In this document: one piece after another, positions 48,219-59,524 of the stretch
Layout of the letters: every line of letters begins with the position of its first letter
Numbering within the stretch: position 1 is the first letter of the stretch
Assembly (NCBI GenBank): GCA_965248925.1
Contig: CBDFLE010000006.1
Span: 4,352,001 to 4,416,000 of the forward strand
Source: Candidatus Multivoradales bacterium
Lineage (GTDB): Bacteria; Acidobacteriota; Thermoanaerobaculia; Multivoradales; J023
DNA: 64,000 nucleotides
Direction: 5' to 3'
Notes under the pieces: model-generated
What the model was told of the DNA's origin: nothing
Database searches by the model: none
Seen by the model: only the letters and a program-made list of their open reading frames with translations
Program-made: the position numbers and the translations under genes

Positions 48219-50636
48219 ATGTCTGCAAGAAACCGCCCACTTGTTTTATGGCTAGCCGTGTCGCTGGTCGGTGTGCTGCTGTTGTGGTTGGCCTTCCCCT
48301 ACGCCTTTCCGCTACTTTCCGACGATTGGCAAGTGACCCGTAGTGAAGCTCGCGCCATCGCCTTGGAGCGTTTGCGCGATCTCGGCGAGCCGATCGACAA
48401 CGCTTATGTGGTGGTCGAACTCGATGGCGACGGCTTGCTCGAGCGTCGTCTATTGGAAGAACTACCGGCAGTTGGCAATGAGGCGGTACGGTCGAGCTTG
48501 CTGGCCAAGGCACATCGCCGCTGGGAGGTGCGGGTCTACTCTCCGGGCGCCAGAGTGCGGGAGTGGGTATATCAATGTTTGGTAGCCTTCGATGGTGAGG
48601 TGCTGGCTCTCCGCCGTCGGTTGCCGCGGGCGGACGCCGAGGAAGCGATCGACGAGACCGACGCGATGGGTCAGGCGCTGACCTATCTACGGTCGCAGGG
48701 GATTGACCTTGGGGGGCTCGAACACGAGCCCAAGATCCTGCGTGACCAGCGGACCGAGCGTCGTGATCTGACCTTGCAATATCGGTTCAAGGACTCGGTG
48801 CTGGGGGCTGATCTGCCGCACGGTTGGGAGGTGTGGTTTACCGGCGATACTCTGGCTGGTTTCGGTCTTTGGTATGAGGATCCGAAGAGTGAGCAGTTGG
48901 GGGGCTTGTTTCGCCAGCTGCAGTTGATTAATTTCGGCCAGTACGGCATCGCCATCCTACTGCTGGTTCTAGTGACGATTCCTTTTCTCAAGCGCTATCA
49001 CGACGGTCAGCTGGGAGTGCGGCGCGGGGCTCAGCTGCTGCTGGCGGTGTTGGCCGCGGGGCTGGTCTTCGTCTTGCTATGCAGCCAGAGCATGTCCAGC
49101 GGCGCTAACGTTGGCTTTCTCACCCGCCGCCAAACCACCTGGTTCATCGGCACCTTTGTGGTGCTGACCCAGATGTTGATGTTGGGGATGCTGGCGCTGA
49201 CTTCGTGGTCGGTAGGCGAGTCTCTGTGTCGCGACCGCTGGCCGCAGAAGCTGGCTTCTTTCGACGCCTTGTTCCGGCTGCGGTGGGCGAATGCGACGGT
49301 AGCCCTGTCGTCGTTGCGCGGCATCGCCGGCGGCTTGTTGATGGCCGGCTTGCTGGTGGGTGGTGCCGCGTTGCTGCGGCGCGCCGGCGCCTGGATACCC
49401 AGCAGCATGGTGATGGGTATGGAACTTGGTACCGCGCTGCCGAGTCTGGCCCTGCTGAGCATTGTGCCGAGTTTCTTGTTGGCGCCGGCGATTTTCGTTT
49501 GTCTGTTGCTGCCGACCTGGGCGAGCGACCGACTCGGTGATGGGTTGGGCCTGGTTATCTCAGTGTTGGCAGCGGCGATCTTGCTGCCGATGTTCCTGAT
49601 TGCTCTGCCGTTGCAGTGGGGTTTTTTGGCGTGGGCGCTGGCGGCGGTGGTGCCGGTGCTGATCTTTCGCTACGGCGACTTGCTATCGGCGTTGCTGACG
49701 GTGCTATTCGCGGCTTTGACGCCGAGTGTTATGCCACTGCTCGGGGCCGTCGATCCGGCCATCCAGGTACATGGCTACGCCACTTTGCTGATCGCCGCCT
49801 TGCCGATGTTGTTGAGCTTGCGACGGCTGGGTAGTGACGACGAGTTCGTCTACTTTTACGACGATGTGCCGCCCCACGTGCGGCGAATTGCCGAGCGCGA
49901 GCGGCAGTCGGTCGAGTTGGAGACCGCGCGTCGCATCCAGAGTTCGATTTTGCCCCGGCTGCCACCCCAGCTCAACGGCGTGGAGATTGCTCACAGTTAC
50001 CTGCCGGCCTCAGAGGTGGGCGGGGATTTCTACGACGTGTTGGCGCTCGAGGACGGCCGCTTGGCGGTGGCGGTGGGTGATGTCGCGGGCCACGGAGTGT
50101 CTTCCGGATTGGTGATGTCGATGGCCAAGTCGGCGTTGGCGGTGCAGGTGAGCTTCAATCCGGAGATTGAGGCGGTGTTGGAAACCCTCAACCGCACCGT
50201 TTACCAGGGTGCCCGCCAACGCTTGCTAACCACCCTGTGCTATGCCCTGATCGATCCGGCCAGGAACGAGATGCTCTATGCCAGCGCCGGCCACCTATTC
50301 CCCTATCGGGTGTCGGCCAACGGTCAGGTCGAGCCCCTCGTGACCGCTTCTTACCCCCTCGGGGTGCGTGGCGAGATCGATGTGCAGGTCAAAAATGCCC
50401 GCCTCGAGGATGGTGACACCGTCTTTCTCTACAGCGACGGCCTGGTCGAAGCGACTCCGGAAGCTAGTGACGAGCCATTCGGCTTCACCCGCCTCGAAGC
50501 AAGTCTGGCGCGCCACGCCGGCATGGCGCCGGGGCAGCTGCGCGATGCAGTGCTGCTCGATGTCGAAGCCTTCACCGGCGCCCACCCCCGCGCCGACGAC
50601 TTGACCGTGCTGGTGCTGCGGCTGGGTGCCAACTGA
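48219..50636 (+). CDS. Multi-TM PP2C/SpoIIE (RsbU-like) phosphatase
   Basis: Many TM segments; ELETARRIQ, EVGGDFYD, GDVAGHG, SAGH, YSDGLVE, DDLT. Confidence 0.88.
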   Translation: MSARNRPLVLWLAVSLVGVLLLWLAFPYAFPLLSDDWQVTRSEARAIALERLRDLGEPIDNAYVVVELDGDGLLERRLLEELPAVGNEAVRSSLLAKAHRRWEVRVYSPGARVREWVYQCLVAFDGEVLALRRRLPRADAEEAIDETDAMGQALTYLRSQGIDLGGLEHEPKILRDQRTERRDLTLQYRFKDSVLGADLPHGWEVWFTGDTLAGFGLWYEDPKSEQLGGLFRQLQLINFGQYGIAILLLVLVTIPFLKRYHDGQLGVRRGAQLLLAVLAAGLVFVLLCSQSMSSGANVGFLTRRQTTWFIGTFVVLTQMLMLGMLALTSWSVGESLCRDRWPQKLASFDALFRLRWANATVALSSLRGIAGGLLMAGLLVGGAALLRRAGAWIPSSMVMGMELGTALPSLALLSIVPSFLLAPAIFVCLLLPTWASDRLGDGLGLVISVLAAAILLPMFLIALPLQWGFLAWALAAVVPVLIFRYGDLLSALLTVLFAALTPSVMPLLGAVDPAIQVHGYATLLIAALPMLLSLRRLGSDDEFVYFYDDVPPHVRRIAERERQSVELETARRIQSSILPRLPPQLNGVEIAHSYLPASEVGGDFYDVLALEDGRLAVAVGDVAGHGVSSGLVMSMAKSALAVQVSFNPEIEAVLETLNRTVYQGARQRLLTTLCYALIDPARNEMLYASAGHLFPYRVSANGQVEPLVTASYPLGVRGEIDVQVKNARLEDGDTVFLYSDGLVEATPEASDEPFGFTRLEASLARHAGMAPGQLRDAVLLDVEAFTGAHPRADDLTVLVLRLGAN

Positions 50637-50711
50637 TCGGCTGTCCAGGTGGCCGTTGTCGCTAGCGACCAGCGCTCGGGTTGCTCTTGGCGGTACAGTA
50701 GACTGAAGGCA

Positions 50712-51854
50712 ATGAGACCTGGAAAAAGCGCTTTGGATGTTTCCTCATGGTTGGTTTCGGCAGGGCGGCAGGGGCTGCCCGGAGAGCCGCTCAACACTCC
50801 TTTGGTGCCGGCTTCTAATTTCGTTCGTGGTGGCGAGCGGGTCTATGCTCGTGACGATGGAACGGCTACGTGGCAGGCCCTGGAAGACTTAGTCGGCGGC
50901 CTGGAAGGGGGGCGGTCGATCGCTTTTGCATCGGGAATGGCGGCGATAGCCGCGGTTTTCGATCAGCTCGGCTCCGGGGCCAAAATCGTGCTGCCAGACG
51001 ATTGTTACCACGCCGTCGCCCAGCTTGCCGAAGGTGGTGGGCGTAAGGGCTTCTGGCAGGTCGATAGGCTGGCGGTCGGCGATACTGCCGGCTGGATCAC
51101 CGCCGCCAAGTCCGCCGATTTGCTGTGGTTGGAATCGCCCTCAAACCCGCTGTTGCAGGTGGCGGATGTGGTCGCGATCTGTCCGGCGGAGCGCCAGCCG
51201 GGATCGCTCTTGGTGGTCGACAACACCTTTGCTACCCCGCTCAATCAGCGGCCCTTGGAGCTGGGTGCCGACATCTCGGTACAATCGGCGACCAAGTTCA
51301 TCGGTGGGCACTCGGATCTGCTGGCTGGTGTCGCTACCACCGCCGATGAAGATCTGGCCCAACGACTAGCCCACAGTCGAGTCCTGAGTGGTGCCACACC
51401 GGGTGCCTTGGAAACCTATCTGGCAGTCCGTGGAGCCCGCACGATGGCGCTGCGCCTGGAACGCGGGCAGCAGACCGCGGCGGTGATCGCCGAGCGTCTT
51501 GAGCACCATCGTGCGGTGCGGCTGACCCGCTATCCCGGCCTCCCATCCCACCCTGGCCACCAGTTGGCGCGGCGGCAGCTAGGGGGCTTCGGCACCATCA
51601 TCTCGTTTGATGTGCACGGAGGAGCTGCGGCTGCCGACCAGGTCTGTCAGGCGGTCGAGCTGATCCACCACGCCACCAGCCTCGGGGCGGTGGAGTCGAC
51701 CATGGAGCGCCGCGGGGGGATCTCCGGCCAGCAGCATCTACCGCCTTCGCTGCTTCGCCTCAGTGTCGGTATCGAAGATCCGCAGGATCTCTGGACGGAT
51801 CTCGATCGGGCCTTGTGCTTACTCCCCGATCCAGGTCTCGATCTTGGCCTCTAG
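50712..51854 (+). CDS. Cys/Met metabolism PLP enzyme (cystathionine gamma-synthase/lyase family)
   Basis: FASGMAA, ESPSNP, DNTFATP, SATKFIGGHSD, SLGAVES, RLSVGIED. Confidence 0.9.
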   Translation: MRPGKSALDVSSWLVSAGRQGLPGEPLNTPLVPASNFVRGGERVYARDDGTATWQALEDLVGGLEGGRSIAFASGMAAIAAVFDQLGSGAKIVLPDDCYHAVAQLAEGGGRKGFWQVDRLAVGDTAGWITAAKSADLLWLESPSNPLLQVADVVAICPAERQPGSLLVVDNTFATPLNQRPLELGADISVQSATKFIGGHSDLLAGVATTADEDLAQRLAHSRVLSGATPGALETYLAVRGARTMALRLERGQQTAAVIAERLEHHRAVRLTRYPGLPSHPGHQLARRQLGGFGTIISFDVHGGAAAADQVCQAVELIHHATSLGAVESTMERRGGISGQQHLPPSLLRLSVGIEDPQDLWTDLDRALCLLPDPGLDLGL

Positions 51855-52873
51855 AACCGGCAGTGGTAGTGCTCCGGTGTCGAGTACTTGGGCGTGAAAG
51901 GCGGCCAGGCTGAAGCTCTCGCCAAACTCGGCTTCGGCTTTCTGGCGCAGTTCTAGCAAACTTAGTTGACCCAGTTTGTAGGCCAGGAGCGGTAGAGCTT
52001 GTCGCCATCGGTCATCGATGCCAGGCCGGGAACTCCGCGGCGGCTGGCTGGCAAATAGCGCTGTTGCAAGAACCGGCGCAGACGCTGGTAGGCGGGCAGG
52101 ACCTTGCTGGCGATGGCAGCTTGGTAAGCATCGACCAGCCGCTGCCGGTCGGCCGCGGAGATCTGCTCGGGGAAGTTCTGGCTGGGCTGCAAGAAGGTGC
52201 TGCCGTCTACTCCACGAGCGATCGCGACGTCGAGTTGCGCGATGACTTTGAGAGTTACGAACTCAGGTTGGGTGTGGCCGCTAGCGATGCCCTCGAGCAT
52301 CGCCTGCTGCGCTCGCTTCAGGTAGGTGACAAAGCCATCGAGACGCTGCAAACCGTGCTCGAAATCCGCCAACGTGTTGAAAGGCAGCATCGATTGTCCC
52401 GAGGACATTTCGGGAAAAGAGACGTGGTAGCCGAAAAGTTGATCGAAGGGCAGTTGGCGCAGCATCTCGGCCGCGCCGCTTTTGAACTTGCTCAGCTCGG
52501 CCTCGGCTTGATAGCGAAAAACGTCATAGCTGATCTTATTCTCGGCGGTCAGGTCTTGGCGATCGATGGTCTCCAGCCGCTGTAAATCTAGGCTCGCTTT
52601 GGCGGCCATGGCGGCGATGTACTCGTGGCTGATGTAGTCGCCAAACTGCTCGGCGTGAGCCTGTTCGCCGCGCGCCAGGGCGCCTAGAGGATCCAGCGCG
52701 AGCTGTCGTTGGTCGCTGCTGTCGAACAGAGCGGCGAGGGCCGCGCCGCCGCGGCCTTCGGCCGCTGGCTTGGCCGGAGTGCTCGACGCTTGAGAATCTG
52801 CTAGGCCGCTGCAGCCGAGGAAGCTGCCGCCCAATATCAAGACAGCAAGGGGTGCAAGAGCTTTATGTGCCAT
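51819..52873 (-). pseudogene. DUF885-family lipoprotein with internal deletion
   Basis: N-terminal half ends at GDKLYR and joins out of frame (~51987) to the C-terminal LAYKLGQL...FHAQVLDTGALPLPVLEAKIETWIGE*. Confidence 0.75.
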
Positions 52874-52900
52874 TTATGTTCTCCAAGTTTGCGTTTGCGA

Positions 52901-53668
52901 TCAAGGGGTGATGCTGAAGTAAATGCCGCCCCACAATTTCACCGGTTGCTCTCTCAGTACCTGCTGGTCGAGACTGTCGCTGTAGGCCATGCGCAGCTTC
53001 AGCGCACCTTTTGCCAGGGCGAAGTCGAGATCTCCAGTGGCTCCCCAATGGTGCCAACCGGGGTCAGTGGCGTCGAAGAATCTGGCGAACTGCTCGCCGG
53101 CGTAGGCGATTGTTGTCTTTAGCGAGGCGCTGATCTTACGGTTTAGCTGGCGACTGTCTTGCAAGTGTAAAAGTACGAAGTAGTCACGTAGCAGGTCGAC
53201 GTTGTAGTTGATCTCGAGGCTCGGAGAAAGCAAGGTTTTTGACCGCAAGTGGAGGTAGGCCTCACCGGTACTGTCGATGCCGCCAGGAAAGATCAGCTCG
53301 ACGTAGCCGGCCTTGAAACTGATCTGCCCCAAGTCCCAGCGATAATAAAAATCGAGATCGATCTCCTGCACCTCACCTGCTTGGTGGCGCTCGTTGCTGA
53401 GGTCCAGACCGGCCCAAAAACTGAGGCCGAACCCGCTCGGATGATCCATCGTCGCCGAGACATTGAACACCGGGAACTCGCGCAGGGTGATGCCTCGCCA
53501 GACGTGTGGGTAGCGGTAGGCGAATGCATAGGTGAATTCGGCCGCCGCCGCTGTCGAGGCTGATAAGCCTGACAGGGCCAACGCGGCGACGGCTATCACC
53601 ATGACCGTCGAGCGGCACCGCCTGTGGCCGGCCTCGACAGTTGATTCGGGGTGGGGAGTGGCTGTCAT
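52901..53668 (-). CDS. Putative outer-membrane beta-barrel (TorF/TIGR02001-like)
   Basis: Signal peptide; HVWRGITL, EIDLDFYY, alternating beta-strand pattern. Confidence 0.55.
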   Translation of the reverse strand: MTATPHPESTVEAGHRRCRSTVMVIAVAALALSGLSASTAAAAEFTYAFAYRYPHVWRGITLREFPVFNVSATMDHPSGFGLSFWAGLDLSNERHQAGEVQEIDLDFYYRWDLGQISFKAGYVELIFPGGIDSTGEAYLHLRSKTLLSPSLEINYNVDLLRDYFVLLHLQDSRQLNRKISASLKTTIAYAGEQFARFFDATDPGWHHWGATGDLDFALAKGALKLRMAYSDSLDQQVLREQPVKLWGGIYFSITP

Positions 53669-53946
53669 GGGATAGAGATTTGCACGGAGCAGGGGGGTAG
53701 AAAAGTGGCAGAATCGTCATTTATAGTCCTAATCGCGCCAAGCTAATTGAGTTACGCTGGTAGGTCCAACTGTGGCCGTCCGACTGCTGCCGAGGTACCG
53801 GCTGATCTGCTCGAGGGTGGTGTTTGGCGTGCTAAGCTGACGCTCCCGAAAACAGGTTCTTCCCTGCATCACTTAGGGTTTTGCAGTGCCTCGGTATGGG
53901 CCGGCTCGACGGCAGCTCCGGGGATCCGAGAGACAAGGAGGCAGTC

Positions 53947-55116
53947 TTGAAAATACACGAGTACCAGGCCAAGGAGATCTTGCGCCGGTATGGGGTGATC
54001 ACCCCCAGGGGCAAAGTGACGGACGAGGCGTCCGAGGCGCGTTCAATCTGCGAGGAATTCGGCGGCTGCTGCGTGGTCAAGGCGCAGATTCACGCCGGTG
54101 GGCGGGGCAAGGGCGGTGGCGTCAAGTTGGCCAATTCGGCGGCCGAGGCCGAGCAATTTGCCGAGCAGATTCTCGGCATGCGGTTGGTCACCCCGCAGAC
54201 CGGTGCGGAGGGTCAGTTGGTGCGTCAGGTGCTGATCGAGGAAGCGGTCGATATCGATCGTGAGCTCTACCTGGCGGTGCTGCTCGATCGCGACGCTTCG
54301 AGACCGCTGGTCATGGCCTCACTGGCCGGTGGCATGGACATCGAAGAAGTTGCCGCCGAGACTCCCGAGGCGATCGTCCGCCAGCATTTTGACCCCCACC
54401 TTGGCTTGCTGCCGTTCGAAGCGCGGGCGGTCACCAACGGCCTCGGCCTGCGCGGCAAGACCGCTCGCCAAGCGGCCAAGCTGATCACCGCCTTGAGCCG
54501 GGCTTTCCTCGAAACCGATGCTTCCCTGGCCGAGATCAATCCGCTGTTGATCACTGGTGCTGGTGAGGTGTTGGCGCTGGACGCGAAGATGGACTTCGAC
54601 TCCAACGCCCTCTTCCGCCACCGCGACATCGCTGAAATGCGGGACGTGGCCGAGGAGAATCCGCTCGAGGTGCGGGCCAGTGAGCATGGTTTGAACTACA
54701 TCAAGCTCGATGGCAACATCGCTTGCATGGTCAACGGTGCTGGGTTGGCGATGGGCACCATGGACATCATCAAGCTCTACGGCGGTGAGCCGGCCAATTT
54801 CCTCGACGTCGGTGGCTCGGCCAGCCAAGAAGCGGTAAAGAGCGCTTTCGAGATCTTGGTTTCCGACCCGTCGGTGAAGGCGGTGTTGATCAACATTTTT
54901 GGCGGTATTGCCCGCACCGACCGCATTGCCCGCGGGGTGGTCAGCGCGATTTCCGAACTTGGCGATGTCAAGCTGCCGGTGGTGGTGCGGCTCGAAGGCA
55001 CCAACGTCGAAGAAGGGCGCCGGGTGCTGCGCGAAGCAGGCTTTGATTTCATCGTTGCGCGGCAGATGGCCGACGCGGCCGAGAAGGTCGTGGCGGCGGT
55101 CGGAGGAGGTCAGTAA
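53947..55116 (+). CDS. sucC: Succinyl-CoA synthetase beta subunit
   Basis: TTG start after AAGGAGG; [37 protein letters not shown]. Confidence 0.96.
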   Translation: MKIHEYQAKEILRRYGVITPRGKVTDEASEARSICEEFGGCCVVKAQIHAGGRGKGGGVKLANSAAEAEQFAEQILGMRLVTPQTGAEGQLVRQVLIEEAVDIDRELYLAVLLDRDASRPLVMASLAGGMDIEEVAAETPEAIVRQHFDPHLGLLPFEARAVTNGLGLRGKTARQAAKLITALSRAFLETDASLAEINPLLITGAGEVLALDAKMDFDSNALFRHRDIAEMRDVAEENPLEVRASEHGLNYIKLDGNIACMVNGAGLAMGTMDIIKLYGGEPANFLDVGGSASQEAVKSAFEILVSDPSVKAVLINIFGGIARTDRIARGVVSAISELGDVKLPVVVRLEGTNVEEGRRVLREAGFDFIVARQMADAAEKVVAAVGGGQ

Positions 55117-55994
55117 TGGCTATTTGGGTCGACAACGACACGAGGTTGCTAGTCCAGGGTGTGACCGGCAAGGAAGGTGGTTTCCATGCCGCGGGCTGCC
55201 GCGAATACGGCACTCAGGTAGTTGCCGGCGTTACCCCTGGCAAGGGGGGGCAGGAGGCTGAGGGCATTCCAGTTTACGATTCGGTGGCTGAGGCTCGTGC
55301 CGCCACCGGCTGCAACGCGACGATGATTTTCGTCCCGCCTCCCTTCGCCGCCGATGCCATCATGGAAGCGGCGGCAGCCGGTATCGAGCTGATCGTTTGT
55401 ATCACCGAGGGCATTCCGGTCAACGACATGCTCAAGGTGCGGGCCTTCATGGCCAACGGCGACAGCCGTCTGATCGGTCCCAACTGTCCCGGCATCATCA
55501 CCCCCGGCCAGGCCAAGATCGGCATTATGCCGGGTCATATTCATCTGCCGGGTCGAGTGGGGGTGATCAGTCGCTCTGGCACCCTGACCTATGAGGCGGT
55601 GTGGCAGCTGACCAACCTGCGGCTCGGCCAGTCGACCTGCGTTGGCATCGGTGGCGATCCGGTCAATGGCACCAGCTTCATCGATGTGTTGAGTGCTTTC
55701 AACGCGGACCCCGACACCGACGCGGTGATCATGATCGGTGAGATCGGCGGCAACGCCGAAGAGCAGGCGGCGGCATGGATCCGCGATCACTTCACCAAGC
55801 CGGTGGTGGGGTTTATCGCCGGTCGCACGGCGCCGCCGGGACGCCGCATGGGTCACGCCGGCGCTATCGTCTCGGGCGGGCAAGGCACCGCCGAAGCCAA
55901 GATGAAGGCGCTGACCGTTTGTGGAATCCACGTTGTCGAATCACCGGCCGAACTCGGGGTGACGATGCAGAAAGCGCTTGGTGAGTCGGCCTAG
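55116..55994 (+). CDS. sucD: Succinyl-CoA synthetase alpha subunit
   Basis: [32 protein letters not shown]. Confidence 0.96.
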   Translation: MAIWVDNDTRLLVQGVTGKEGGFHAAGCREYGTQVVAGVTPGKGGQEAEGIPVYDSVAEARAATGCNATMIFVPPPFAADAIMEAAAAGIELIVCITEGIPVNDMLKVRAFMANGDSRLIGPNCPGIITPGQAKIGIMPGHIHLPGRVGVISRSGTLTYEAVWQLTNLRLGQSTCVGIGGDPVNGTSFIDVLSAFNADPDTDAVIMIGEIGGNAEEQAAAWIRDHFTKPVVGFIAGRTAPPGRRMGHAGAIVSGGQGTAEAKMKALTVCGIHVVESPAELGVTMQKALGESA

Positions 55995-56695
55995 ATGGAG
56001 GGACTACGGAGAATTCCGGGCGCCGGTTGGTTGGCGCTGATTGGCGGCGGCGAGTTTAGCTTCGAGGAAACCGAAGTGGCCGACGCCGCCTGGTTGGCCA
56101 AGACCGGTCCGGGAGGACTGGGATTCATCCCCGCGGCCAGTGGTTCTGACGACTACGGCCGGCATTTCGGGGTCTATCTCGACGAGTATTTCGAGCGCCA
56201 GATCGATCTCTTGCCGATCTACCGACCGCGCGACGCACGCCGCGCCAAGAACGCTCAGCGAATCGAAGAGTGCGCTGCGATCTACCTCGGTGGCGGGGTG
56301 CCCGAGGCCCTCCTCGACACACTGTTGGCGACGCGGTGTCACGATAGTTTGACCGCCAAGCTCAAAGATGGCGGCGTGGTGGTGGCTATCGCTACCGCCG
56401 CGCAAGCCGCCGGTGAGCGGCTGCGCGGGCTGCGAGGCAAGGGGTTGTTGGATGGTTTCGCTTGGTTGCCAGGAGGCTTTGTCGAACCCAACTTCGATCC
56501 CGCCCACGATCGTCGCTTGCGCGCGGCGTTGGCCGCGGGCGAGGCGAGTTGGGGTTTGGGCATCCCGAGTGGCGCGGCGGTTCTGCTGGTCCGAACGGTG
56601 CAGTCGAAGTCAGCGGCTTGGCCTTCTTCTTGGCCGATGCCGAAGCCGACTACCAGATTCTTGGTGACACTGACAAAGAAACCCTGCCGAGTTGA
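55995..56695 (+). CDS. Peptidase S51/cyanophycinase-like protein with an apparent one-base deletion near 56588
   Basis: LALIGGGE, FIPAAS, IYLGGG, VEPNFD; natural C-terminus (GPNGAVEVSG...) lies in another frame ending at 56695. Confidence 0.65.
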
Positions 56696-56875
56696 ACATA
56701 GGTAGGGGCCTACGGGGATTGCTCTAAGAGTGCTTCCGGCATAAGGTGCCCCCTCCGGTGGCGGCTGGTTTTGGCCGGCTGTCTCACCCTGAAGACGACC
56801 CCATTCCGGGTATTGCCGCCCGGCTGCAAATCGCGCCGATCTGCTCCTCAGATCGGGCCCGCGTAGGAGATCACC

Positions 56876-57298
56876 ATGGCCACTACCCTGACCATCGTCA
56901 AACCCGACGCCTTCGCCGCCGGCAACGCCGGCAACATCCTCGCTCTGCTGGAGAAAGAGGGCTTCACCATTCGCTGCGTCAAGCTGTTGCGGCTTACCGA
57001 GGCCCAAGCCGGTGCTTTCTACGAAGTTCACCGAGAGCGTCCGTTCTATGGCAGCCTGGTCGAGTTCATGACCAGCGGTCCGGCCTTGGCGGTGGCTCTG
57101 GAGCGCGACAACGCCGTCGCCCACCTGCGCCAGGTGATGGGCGCTACCGACGTTAGCCAAGCCGAGGTCGGCACCATCCGCGCGCTCTACGGCACCTCGA
57201 TCGAAAAGAACGCCATCCACGGCAGCGACTCGGCAGAGAATGCGGCGCTCGAAACCAGCTTCTTCTTCTCCCGCACCGAGTTGCTAGCGGCGGGCTGA
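56876..57298 (+). CDS. ndk: Nucleoside diphosphate kinase
   Basis: IVKPDA, FYEVHRERPF, FMTSGP, NAIHGSDS. Confidence 0.96.
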   Translation: MATTLTIVKPDAFAAGNAGNILALLEKEGFTIRCVKLLRLTEAQAGAFYEVHRERPFYGSLVEFMTSGPALAVALERDNAVAHLRQVMGATDVSQAEVGTIRALYGTSIEKNAIHGSDSAENAALETSFFFSRTELLAAG

Positions 57299-57385
57299 GG
57301 AACAGGCCCCAGCGGCCCCCGGAAGCAGCTGATATGCTTCAGCTGTCGGAGAAGGCTGTGACTTCAGGTCACAATCGGAGTCCCC

Positions 57386-57616
57386 ATGGTGGTGCCAGCA
57401 ATCAAGCAGCAGATCCTCGAGGATCTAGACCAGCTCTCGCCCGCTAGGCAGCGGCGCGTTGCGGAACTAATTCGCGGTCTGGTTTCGGCCCCGCCGCGTG
57501 GAACAGCTGGCCGAGATCTGCTGCGTTTCGCTGGCACCCTCGACGACCAGTCCGCTCGCGAGATGACCCAGGCGATCGAAGAGGGGTGCGAACGGGTAGA
57601 CATCGATGGATGGTAG
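57386..57616 (+). CDS. Probable antitoxin
   Basis: 76 aa overlapping a PIN gene; LLRFAGTLDD...MTQAIEEGCERVD tail. Confidence 0.7.
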   Translation: MVVPAIKQQILEDLDQLSPARQRRVAELIRGLVSAPPRGTAGRDLLRFAGTLDDQSAREMTQAIEEGCERVDIDGW

Positions 57617-57995
57617 GTATCTTCTAGACACCAATATTGTCGTCGCACTCTTTAACGGCGACTCCGGGATCGACCGCCAACTCCGCCTGGTCTCGGAAGT
57701 TTTCCTACCGTCCATTGCGCTTGGCGAACTCTACTTCGGTGCGGCTCACTCTGGCCGACCGGAGGCCAACGCCGCTCGAATCGATGATTTTGCCGAGACC
57801 TGCACGATTCATAGGGTTGACGACCGGACAGCGCGCGAATATGGCCGCATCAAGGGCGAACTACGAAGGCGAGGGCGGCCGATTCCTGAGAACGATATTT
57901 GGATTGCTGCCTGCGCTCTCCAGCATGAACTGATCCTGGTCACTCGTGACAATCACTTCAGTTCGGTCGATGATCTCGCCGCCGAATGTTGGTAG
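57606..57995 (+). CDS. vapC: VapC-family PIN toxin
   Basis: YLLDTNIV, GELYFGA, PIPENDIWIAA, LVTRDNHF. Confidence 0.92.
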   Translation: MDGRYLLDTNIVVALFNGDSGIDRQLRLVSEVFLPSIALGELYFGAAHSGRPEANAARIDDFAETCTIHRVDDRTAREYGRIKGELRRRGRPIPENDIWIAACALQHELILVTRDNHFSSVDDLAAECW

Positions 57996-58037
57996 GGCTT
58001 CCAAGAGGACCCATTCCAGGCAGCGAGTTGCCAAGGA

Positions 58038-59477
58038 TCAGGCTGCGGTTGTCGTCTCGGCACTGCCGACACCCTCTTCAGTGGACCGTGCCGGGCCGGC
58101 TGACTTTCTACGCCCGCCGCGGCGGGCGATTCTGGCCATGCGGGCGATGTCTTCTTCGAGTTCACGGCGCTTGCCGCGCAAATATCCCTGGAGATCGCGG
58201 CGGCGCAGGAACATCAAGAACACTCGGGTGTTCTCGAATATGCGCTGGCGCTCTTTATGGACTTTGACTGCGATGGCGGTGGTGATCGGTAGGCTGAGGG
58301 CGTAGAGGCCGGCTACCAGCGGACCGAAGAAGAAGGCCACCGCCAAGGTCTGAGATCCCCAGAACAGCAAGTAGAGGAAGAGGCCGCCGACGATGCTGGC
58401 GGTGTCGTATTGGTCGCGAGCCTTGGACGCCCGGCGGCTGATCAAGGCGGTGAAACCTTGGGGTAGGGCAGTGTTGATCAAACCCCACAAGGCGAGTGGC
58501 ATGACCAGCAGCAAGAAGAGCAGGGAGCGCAAGGCGAAGCGCGCCACGAGCAAGGGTTGATAGCGCACTTGCAGGTGGTAATCCTTGACCCCGAAGCGTT
58601 GGCAGAGGCGTTCGAAGCGGCGCAAGCGGGCACTGACTCGGGAGACTAGGGCGGGCTCGCGCCGGCTCATCCAGCGATGGGTTTGAATCAGCTGCTGCAA
58701 AGCGCGGAACCGCTGGCTCAAGGTTCTCTGCCGTTGTCGCCCCTTGCGAAAAGCAAAGAATTGTTGCAGTTGCTTGAGCAGTCTCAAATCTTTCCACGAA
58801 TCAATGTTCAAGGTGACTTCGGCTAGGCCCCGTTCAATTTCGCGAGTGGCGTTACGCACGCGATCTTCGTGCGTCTCACCGGTCCGCTGAGCGACCTTGA
58901 TCGGACTGCCGACTTGCACCAGCACGCTGGAGCGGAAGCGGCCTTTGTGGGTGAAGGTCAGGCCGACCGGGGTCACCACCGGGGATTGGCTGGCCTGTTC
59001 GGCGGCACCCAAGGCGAGGCGCGCGGCGCCGGTTTTCAGCGGCCGCAAGCTGGGGTCGGAATGGCTCTGCCCCTCGGGAAAGATCAGCAGCACCCGGCCA
59101 TCGGCAAGATACTCAAAGCAACGCTCGAAGCTGCCCTGGTTGCGGTTGGTGTCGGTTTGCTCCGGGTTGCGGCGGTAGATCGGTACCGCCTGCAGCACTG
59201 CCAGGATGGGCCGCAGCAGGGGCTTGCGGAATAGGCCGCCGCGGGCCAAGGGGTGGATCGGGCGGGGGATGGCGGCTTGCACGATCAACGCATCGACCAG
59301 CGCATTGGCGTGGTTGGCGCAGAGCACCACCGCGCCGTCGCTCGGCAGGCGCTCCAGGCCGCTGACTTCGAAGCGGCGGTAGAACAACTTGACGGTGATG
59401 CGGCACAGGCGGCGCCATGCCCGCTGGCCCAGGGTCGGCGGCGGCGAAGCTGCCGAGGATGTCGGTAGCGAATTCAT
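58038..59477 (-). CDS. Lysophospholipid/glycerol acyltransferase family membrane protein
   Basis: NHANALVD (HX4D), IFPEG, LKTGAAR; C-terminal TM helices. Confidence 0.85.
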   Translation of the reverse strand: MNSLPTSSAASPPPTLGQRAWRRLCRITVKLFYRRFEVSGLERLPSDGAVVLCANHANALVDALIVQAAIPRPIHPLARGGLFRKPLLRPILAVLQAVPIYRRNPEQTDTNRNQGSFERCFEYLADGRVLLIFPEGQSHSDPSLRPLKTGAARLALGAAEQASQSPVVTPVGLTFTHKGRFRSSVLVQVGSPIKVAQRTGETHEDRVRNATREIERGLAEVTLNIDSWKDLRLLKQLQQFFAFRKGRQRQRTLSQRFRALQQLIQTHRWMSRREPALVSRVSARLRRFERLCQRFGVKDYHLQVRYQPLLVARFALRSLLFLLLVMPLALWGLINTALPQGFTALISRRASKARDQYDTASIVGGLFLYLLFWGSQTLAVAFFFGPLVAGLYALSLPITTAIAVKVHKERQRIFENTRVFLMFLRRRDLQGYLRGKRRELEEDIARMARIARRGGRRKSAGPARSTEEGVGSAETTTAA

Positions 59478-59524
59478 GACAGTGGCAATTCTATGGCATA
59501 GGCTGGGTCCAAAGGAGATATGGG

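Noticed and set aside
57386-57995. Toxin-antitoxin pair as the marker of a second island
   Set aside because: No flanking repeats, mobility genes or other cargo; it looks like an isolated TA module.
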